From an archaeon (GTDB taxonomy: Archaea; Micrarchaeota; Micrarchaeia; CAILAH01), in contig JAJSAH010000018.1 in NCBI GenBank assembly GCA_024274875.1, positions 1-55,146 on the forward strand: a stretch of 55,146 bases of DNA. The letters run 5' to 3'. Below the pieces are notes generated by a model. The model was not told the origin of the DNA. It worked only from the letters and a program-made list of their open reading frames with translations, and did not search any database. Below, in pieces: positions 49,860-55,146 of this stretch. Made by a program: the position numbers and the translations under genes. Position 1 is the stretch's first letter. Each line of letters starts with the position of its first letter.

Positions 49860-50122
49860 AACTGAATTATGTTGTGGATGAAAAAAATCACATAGAAGTG
49901 CAGTTTATTGGAGAGGATTACAGCATACCTGCAATTCTCAAAGATATATTGGCAGATATGAAAGATGTTGAGTTCGTAACATACATTGTTGGCCATCCTA
50001 GCAGAGATCCGCCAAAGCTGGTTCTGAAAACAAACAAAAAAGATGCAAAAGAAATATTTAAAAAAGCTCTTGCAACCGCAATTCAAACGCTTGAAGGTAT
50101 GAAAAATGCGTTCAGCAAGTAG
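49856..50122 (+). CDS. rpoL: RNA polymerase subunit Rpo11 (L)
   Basis: GEDYSI..L...V.F..Y..GHP pattern; TTG start with GAGGTGA SD. Confidence 0.9.
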   Translation: MKLNYVVDEKNHIEVQFIGEDYSIPAILKDILADMKDVEFVTYIVGHPSRDPPKLVLKTNKKDAKEIFKKALATAIQTLEGMKNAFSK

Positions 50123-50642
50123 CAGTAGCTTAAAAAAAGGCATTAGAGTTATTGGGATAGATGAAACTCCGTTCAAAAAGGGAGATGAATTCACAACGCT
50201 CGTGGCAGTCGTTGCAAGGAAGGGCAGGCTGGAGGATGTGATTACATCAAAAGTTCATGTAGATGGCGATGATTCCACAGATAAAATTATACGCATGATT
50301 AGGAAGAAATACCTGAAACAAGGAAAAGTTATAATGATTCACAGCATAACAACCGCAGGCATGAATATTGTAGATATTGAGAGAGTAAGCAAAGAACTTA
50401 ACTGTCCTGTGATAAGCATAACTGAACGGCGCGTGCATGGAAACTTGATTAAGCAGGCCATAGAGAAAAAATTTAAGCATAAGTTAAGTTTGGTTAAGGA
50501 AATGCATAAAATTGGCAAGTATTATGTTTCATACGCTGGCGCAAGCGAAGATGTCGTGCGCAGGCTGGTTAAGGCAATAGGATTCGAACCTATTCGGTTA
50601 GCGCATGTGATTGCAAGAGGGATTAAAAATGGAGATGGATAA
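50106..50642 (+). CDS. DUF99 family (endonuclease V-like) protein
   Basis: VIGIDE.PF, VDGDDST, G.NIVDI and EPIRLAHVIA motifs. Confidence 0.88.
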   Translation: MRSASSSSLKKGIRVIGIDETPFKKGDEFTTLVAVVARKGRLEDVITSKVHVDGDDSTDKIIRMIRKKYLKQGKVIMIHSITTAGMNIVDIERVSKELNCPVISITERRVHGNLIKQAIEKKFKHKLSLVKEMHKIGKYYVSYAGASEDVVRRLVKAIGFEPIRLAHVIARGIKNGDG

Positions 50643-51543
50643 AAAAAACAAGGTATTGGCAATATATGCAGTTGCTGCCGTATTTGCAGTATTATTTATT
50701 CTGCTTAGAATGGATTTTCTTGCAATCGCAGGAGCGCTTATGTTCATCATAGGAGTTGTATATGAGAGCATGGTAAGCGCTAAAGAAAAAGGGTTCAAAA
50801 ATGAAATAAAAGAGATTATTATCGCAATTATCGTTGCCGTCGTGCTATGGAATGTTAGCGCATTCGCGCTCAACACGAGCTCGCCGTTCAACGCAGTTGT
50901 TTCGTGCAGCATGCTCAACGCATTGCAAAGAGGAGATGTTATTGTGTTGTATGGAGGAGAAGTGAACACAAATGAAATCAATATTACTGAACATGATTTT
51001 GAAACTATGATTAACAACAGAGAGGAGCATTATGTATGCGGGTTCTGCAAACAAGGAGAATCTTATGAACCATGCTCAATCAACCCTGCAACAGGCATGA
51101 AAGCTGAGGGAGATGTGCTGAAATACGACTGCGGAGCCTGCATTCAAAAATACTTCAACGAAGAAAAAATTGTTGCATGCACTAAGGGAGTGTACATAAA
51201 CAACGAGTATTTTGACGCAACGAAAAAAGAGGGAGATATCGTGGTGTACAGGCCTAAAAAAGCCGACCTGTTTGCATCAATTGGTGATATTATACACAGA
51301 AGCATCGTAAAAATCAATGTAAACGGGGAGCAGTATTACCTCATAAAAGGAGACAATAATCCAATGTTTGATGTGCAGGCATTCGATGCATCATTGTCAA
51401 AAACAAACAGCTTGGTTAATTCATCGCAACTGCTCGGCAAATCTATACTAACCATACCATACATAGGGTATATAAAACTCGTTGCAACAGGGCAATTCGC
51501 GAACCCAGAAAACTGCAATACGCTGATGATATACAAAAACTAG
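50629..51543 (+). CDS. Signal peptidase I (S26, Ser/His type) with Cys-rich insertion
   Basis: N-terminal TMs; VVSCSM..QRGD, GDIVVY, IIHR, KGDNN and IPYIGY motifs. Confidence 0.85.
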   Translation: MEMDKKNKVLAIYAVAAVFAVLFILLRMDFLAIAGALMFIIGVVYESMVSAKEKGFKNEIKEIIIAIIVAVVLWNVSAFALNTSSPFNAVVSCSMLNALQRGDVIVLYGGEVNTNEINITEHDFETMINNREEHYVCGFCKQGESYEPCSINPATGMKAEGDVLKYDCGACIQKYFNEEKIVACTKGVYINNEYFDATKKEGDIVVYRPKKADLFASIGDIIHRSIVKINVNGEQYYLIKGDNNPMFDVQAFDASLSKTNSLVNSSQLLGKSILTIPYIGYIKLVATGQFANPENCNTLMIYKN

Positions 51544-51600
51544 CAGGACACATTATACTATTAATGTTGGAAAAAGTAAATTTATTGCAAAGGTGCCTGA

Positions 51601-52635
51601 ATGAAATACGATGTGCATGTGGTCGGAGGAGGCGTAAGCGGGGGAATGGCGGCATACCTGCTCGCTAAGAAAGGATACAATGTGCTAATAAGTGAGGAAG
51701 ATATGAAAATTGGTGTTCCAAAACATTGCACAGGAATCATCTCTGTGAGAGGCCTCGAAGAAAGCGGGTTTGATTATAAAAGCGCAATAGTGAATGAGCT
51801 CTCAGGATCATACATCATAGGACCTGATAATACAACGCTGTTTGCATCGAGGAATAAAACTCAAGCGTATCTAGTTGACAGGGTTATGCTAGACAGGATT
51901 TATGTAGACATGGCTGTGAAAGAAGGCGCTGATATGCATTTGGGCGAGAGAATAAAACAAAGGAATGATTACAAAGCGCCAATAATAATAGGCGCAGATG
52001 GCGCAGCGTCAACAGTCGCGCGCATTGAGCAGTTTGAACCTATAAAAGAATATGTGAGAGGATACCAAGAAGTAATACATTCCCCTGACATTGAAAACGA
52101 CCACTGCGTCAGAGTGTATTTATCGCAAAGGCTGTTTCGGGGATTTTTTGGATGGACAGTGCCAATAAGAGATGGAGAAATGCTATGCGGATTCGGGATA
52201 ACAACAACTGCTAGTGCGCACGTGATTATGGAAAGGTTCCTTAAATTGATAAAACTTAATAAATGCAAGAGAGATCAGGGGTTCGGAGGGCTAATTCCCA
52301 TAAGCTATAGAAAAAGAAATCAAAAGGGCAAAGTCATGCTTATAGGCGATGCAGGAGGATATGCAAAAGCAACTACGGGCGGAGGAGTTTATTTTGGAAC
52401 GCTCTCAGCGAAGGCCGCAGCAAAATGCATAACTGAAAACCGAATTAATGATTATGATTTGGTTATGCAGGAACACGCTAGGGAGCTTAGAATGCATCGA
52501 ATATTAAGAAAATTATACAATAAATCGAATGATTTAATAATTAGAGCGTTGCTTAAATTAGGCAAAGCAGCAGGTATTGAGAAACGCTTACAGAAGAAAG
52601 GTGATATAGATTATGTCTCATCATTCATCAAGTAA
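51601..52635 (+). CDS. Geranylgeranyl reductase family flavoprotein
   Basis: VVGGGVSG, PKHCTG, GADG, FGW.VP and GDAGG..TGGG motifs. Confidence 0.85.
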   Translation: MKYDVHVVGGGVSGGMAAYLLAKKGYNVLISEEDMKIGVPKHCTGIISVRGLEESGFDYKSAIVNELSGSYIIGPDNTTLFASRNKTQAYLVDRVMLDRIYVDMAVKEGADMHLGERIKQRNDYKAPIIIGADGAASTVARIEQFEPIKEYVRGYQEVIHSPDIENDHCVRVYLSQRLFRGFFGWTVPIRDGEMLCGFGITTTASAHVIMERFLKLIKLNKCKRDQGFGGLIPISYRKRNQKGKVMLIGDAGGYAKATTGGGVYFGTLSAKAAAKCITENRINDYDLVMQEHARELRMHRILRKLYNKSNDLIIRALLKLGKAAGIEKRLQKKGDIDYVSSFIK

Positions 52636-53359
52636 TCAAAAAATTGAATATCTGCCCAACCATATAGCGATTATACCAGACGGAAACAGAAGGTGGGCTA
52701 GGGAAAGAGGGCTTTATGTGCTGAAAGGGCATGAGAAAGGAATTGATAAAATAGGGGAAGTCCTTAAATGGTGCAAGGAATTTAAGATAAAATATGTCAC
52801 CATGTGGGGATTCTCTACAGAAAACCAAAATAGGAGCAAGGAAGAAGTGAAAGGTTTAATTAAACTATTCGAAACTAAACTCACAGAAATAATAAATGAT
52901 GCAAAAGCAAAAAGGAAGGATGAGAGCAATCACCCCAAGGTGAGGATAAGGTTTTATGGAGATATAGATAAGCTGTCATACACGCTGAAGAAATACATTG
53001 AAAAAATTGAGAACCAAACAAAAAATAATGATGAATTCTTCGTCAATTTTTTGCTCAACTACGGAGGAAGGCAGGAATTAGTTAAATGCGTTGCAAAGGC
53101 CGCTGAGGATTATAAAAAGGGCAAACTGAAAAACATAGATGAAAATGCAATAAGGAAATACTTCACAACCGGCGACCTGCCAGATGCTGATATAGTCATA
53201 AGAACCTCAGGAGAATACAGGCTTTCCGGATTAATGCCGCTGCAAAGCGGGTATAGCGAATTATTTTTTGTGAAAAAATATTGGCCTGATTTCAGTAAGG
53301 AAGATTTTGTTAATATACTCAAAGAATATTCAAGGCGCGAAAGAAGGTTTGGAAGATGA
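52613..53359 (+). CDS. uppS: cis-Polyprenyl diphosphate synthase
   Basis: HIAIIPDGNRRWA, FSTEN, NYGGRQE, RTSGE.RLS and RRFG motifs. Confidence 0.96.
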   Translation: MSHHSSSNQKIEYLPNHIAIIPDGNRRWARERGLYVLKGHEKGIDKIGEVLKWCKEFKIKYVTMWGFSTENQNRSKEEVKGLIKLFETKLTEIINDAKAKRKDESNHPKVRIRFYGDIDKLSYTLKKYIEKIENQTKNNDEFFVNFLLNYGGRQELVKCVAKAAEDYKKGKLKNIDENAIRKYFTTGDLPDADIVIRTSGEYRLSGLMPLQSGYSELFFVKKYWPDFSKEDFVNILKEYSRRERRFGR

Positions 53360-54714
53360 CCGATTGGATAGGTTGGAAAGTATTGGATGAAGGAGCGTAC
53401 AAGATCAATCTGCCGAAACTAAGCGATGAAGAACGCGAAGTGGTCAACATCGTGTGCAAGGAATACAGCGATACTGCAAAAGATGAAATAATTGAAAAAG
53501 ATGAGGTCGCAAAGAAAATAATTAACAAGCTGCTCATGCAGCATCTTAAAAACAACAGAATGCTGGCGGATGAAGAGCAAGTAAATTACCTAACTGAAAC
53601 AGTATATATAATTAGTTATGGGTATGGACCGCTGTCATACTTATTAGAAGATGATTTATTGGAAGAGATTGCAGTGATAGGGCTTGAAACACCCGTATAT
53701 GTATTCCATAGGGAAAAAGGATGGCTAGATACAAATATAACGATTACATCGCGCGAATCTCTCATAGACATCATAAACAAGATGGCGCGGAAAGTAGGCA
53801 GAAGGATAACAATACAAAATCCTAGGCTCAACGCAGTGCTCCCTGATGGTTCAAGGCTGCACGCCACTATCGAGCCGATTTCTGAACTCGAACTAACAAT
53901 CAGAAAATTCAGAAAAAAGCCGCTGACTATAAAAGACCTAATTAAAACAGGATACAGCTTCGAGTTGCTGGCATTTCTGTGGATGGTGTTCCAAAACGAT
54001 AAGAATGTGATAATCTGCGGGAACACTGCCGCAGGAAAGACAACTGCGCTAAATGCGCTGTTTTCATTCGTGCCGCGCAATGAGAGAATTATTATACTGG
54101 AAGAAACTCCGGAAATAGTAGTAAAACACAAGCACCAAATAAAAATGAAATGCGATCCTGCAATGAATGTGGGAATGAAGGAATTGATTGAGGATAGTTT
54201 AAGGATGAGACCTGACAGAGTAATCATAGGGGAAGTGCGATCAAGAATGGAGATACTTGCAATGATTGAGAGCATGAATGCTGGGCAAGCAAGAGGATGT
54301 TATGCAACTATGCACGCGCACAGCGCAAAAGAGCTTGTGTCAAGAATGAGATATAATGGGGTTATCCCATCAGATATAAATGCAATTGATTTAGTGCTTG
54401 TGCAAAAAAGATTCCTTAGGTTTGGCAATGGAAAGTCAGTTAAAGAAATGCGTAAAATCATCGAGGTATGCGAGCTTGAAGAACGCAGGAACTCTGTGCT
54501 GATTAAACATCTTTACAAATATGACCCTAAAAGGGATTGCGTTGTTAAAACAGCTGCGCGCTCTAAGATAATCAGCGATATTGCATTCGCGAACGGAATG
54601 GATGAATCTGAAATACTCAGCGAAATCGAAAACCGATCAAAGTATTTAAAGAAAACACTATCCAAAAGTATAGATATTGTGGAAGCAATTCAAAACTATG
54701 GGGCTGTGGGCTAG
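53356..54714 (+). CDS. Type IV pilus/secretion ATPase (TadA/CpaF/FlaI-like)
   Basis: LPDGSRL, TIRKF, Walker A GNTAAGKTT, LRMRPDRVIIGEVR and TMHA motifs. Confidence 0.92.
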   Translation: MTDWIGWKVLDEGAYKINLPKLSDEEREVVNIVCKEYSDTAKDEIIEKDEVAKKIINKLLMQHLKNNRMLADEEQVNYLTETVYIISYGYGPLSYLLEDDLLEEIAVIGLETPVYVFHREKGWLDTNITITSRESLIDIINKMARKVGRRITIQNPRLNAVLPDGSRLHATIEPISELELTIRKFRKKPLTIKDLIKTGYSFELLAFLWMVFQNDKNVIICGNTAAGKTTALNALFSFVPRNERIIILEETPEIVVKHKHQIKMKCDPAMNVGMKELIEDSLRMRPDRVIIGEVRSRMEILAMIESMNAGQARGCYATMHAHSAKELVSRMRYNGVIPSDINAIDLVLVQKRFLRFGNGKSVKEMRKIIEVCELEERRNSVLIKHLYKYDPKRDCVVKTAARSKIISDIAFANGMDESEILSEIENRSKYLKKTLSKSIDIVEAIQNYGAVG

Positions 54715-54837
54715 CCTGGTATGCTACCAGCTTCGGGCACTGCAGAGAGGAGATAAAATACTTTGCGCCTCTCAATTGTAGGATAAGCTGGAGACCCCAG
54801 TTCAAAAGCAATAGTTCTGGAAATCTGGGCAGCCCCA
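54700..54837 (+). tRNA. tRNA-Pro(CGG) with two introns: 48 nt at 37/38 (54738-54785) and 17 nt at 59/60 (54807-54823)
   Basis: GGGGCTG/CAGCCCC acceptor stem; CCAGC-TTCGGG|..|A-GCTGG; CCCAG-TTCAAA|..|T-CTGGG with BHB helix UUCA:UGGA. Confidence 0.88.
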
Positions 54838-54885
54838 TTCTAATTATAATTTTTTAATCATTAGCAGCCTAAAAACATCAATCCT

Positions 54886-55030
54886 GCGGCAGTAGTCTAA
54901 CCTGGTTAGGACATGGGCCTTCCAAGAACCTTTTCTCTGGTGCGCAGGAATACCTGCTTTCCAAGAAAAGCTTCGCCAAAAGAAGGCATGAGGAAAGCCT
55001 ATGATCCGGGTTCAAATCCCGGCTGCCGCA
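54886..55030 (+). tRNA. tRNA-Gly(TCC) with a 71-nt intron at 37/38 (54925-54995)
   Basis: GCGGCAG/CTGCCGC acceptor stem; TGGGC-CTTCCA|..|A-GCCTA; BHB helix CUUC:GAGG; CCGGG-TTCAAAT-CCCGG T arm. Confidence 0.92.
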
Positions 55031-55146
55031 TTCATTATGTTTCTGCGCCAGCCTTGCAAATCAAAGATTTGCCACTCTCGCTTTGCTTCGCAAACCTCGA
55101 TCCCGGCTGCCGCATTCATTATGTTTCTGCGCCAGCCTTGCAAATC
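55016..55146 (+). repeat. Direct repeat (47 nt or more, period 84) beginning in the tRNA-Gly 3' end
   Basis: ATCCCGGCTGCCGCATTCATTATGTTTCTGCGCCAGCCTTGCAAATC at 55016-55062 and 55100-55146; the second copy is cut by the window end. Confidence 0.9.

Noticed and set aside
54801-54824. tRNA-Pro read as a pseudogene because of its 24-nt T-loop
   Set aside because: Removing 17 nt at a proper BHB motif restores the canonical TTCAAAT loop.
8-54838. Many short ORFs in the track lying antisense to, or out of frame with, recognised genes (e.g. 2185-2907, 12788-13345, 37710-38351, 53616-54275)
   Set aside because: Shadow ORFs: they overlap well-supported genes and show no motifs or SD support.
55016-55146. 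Repeat-spacer-repeat read as a CRISPR array
   Set aside because: The repeat contains the tRNA 3' end, only two copies are visible, and there are no cas genes.

Overview
A gene-dense, AT-rich archaeal chromosome segment. Markers include archaeal L3/L4/L23/L2/S19/L22/S3/L29, aIF1, Rpp29, TFB, Rpo11, Csl4, a class I CCA enzyme, Trm1, Elp3, LonB, GGGP synthase and BHB-intron tRNAs. The compact genes, many basic orphan ORFs and bacterial-type DnaK/Pta/AckA suggest a DPANN lineage such as Micrarchaeota; this is inferred, not shown. The stand-out locus is a six-gene convergent module at 19079-23523: pta-ackA-acpS >< acp-DUF35-thiolase. It combines acetate activation, a phosphopantetheinyl transferase, an unusually basic acyl carrier protein (KSMD in place of DSLD) and an archaeal-type thiolase/DUF35 pair, with no HMG-CoA synthase or Fab genes in the window. 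It shares a short divergent promoter region with glmS. ACPs are generally considered absent from archaea, so this looks like an undescribed carrier-protein-dependent acyl pathway. Other notable items: Ku without LigD, preceded by an uncalled 51-aa gene; a zinc phospholipase C/P1-type pro-enzyme; a membrane-anchored wHTH gene with secreted partners; a tRNA-Pro with two introns (37/38 and 59/60) that overlaps the preceding ATPase stop codon; and a tRNA-Gly with a 71-nt intron followed by a duplication of its 3' end. No CRISPR array, transposase, integrase or rRNA was seen. All family calls come from motif recognition by eye; no database searches were run.
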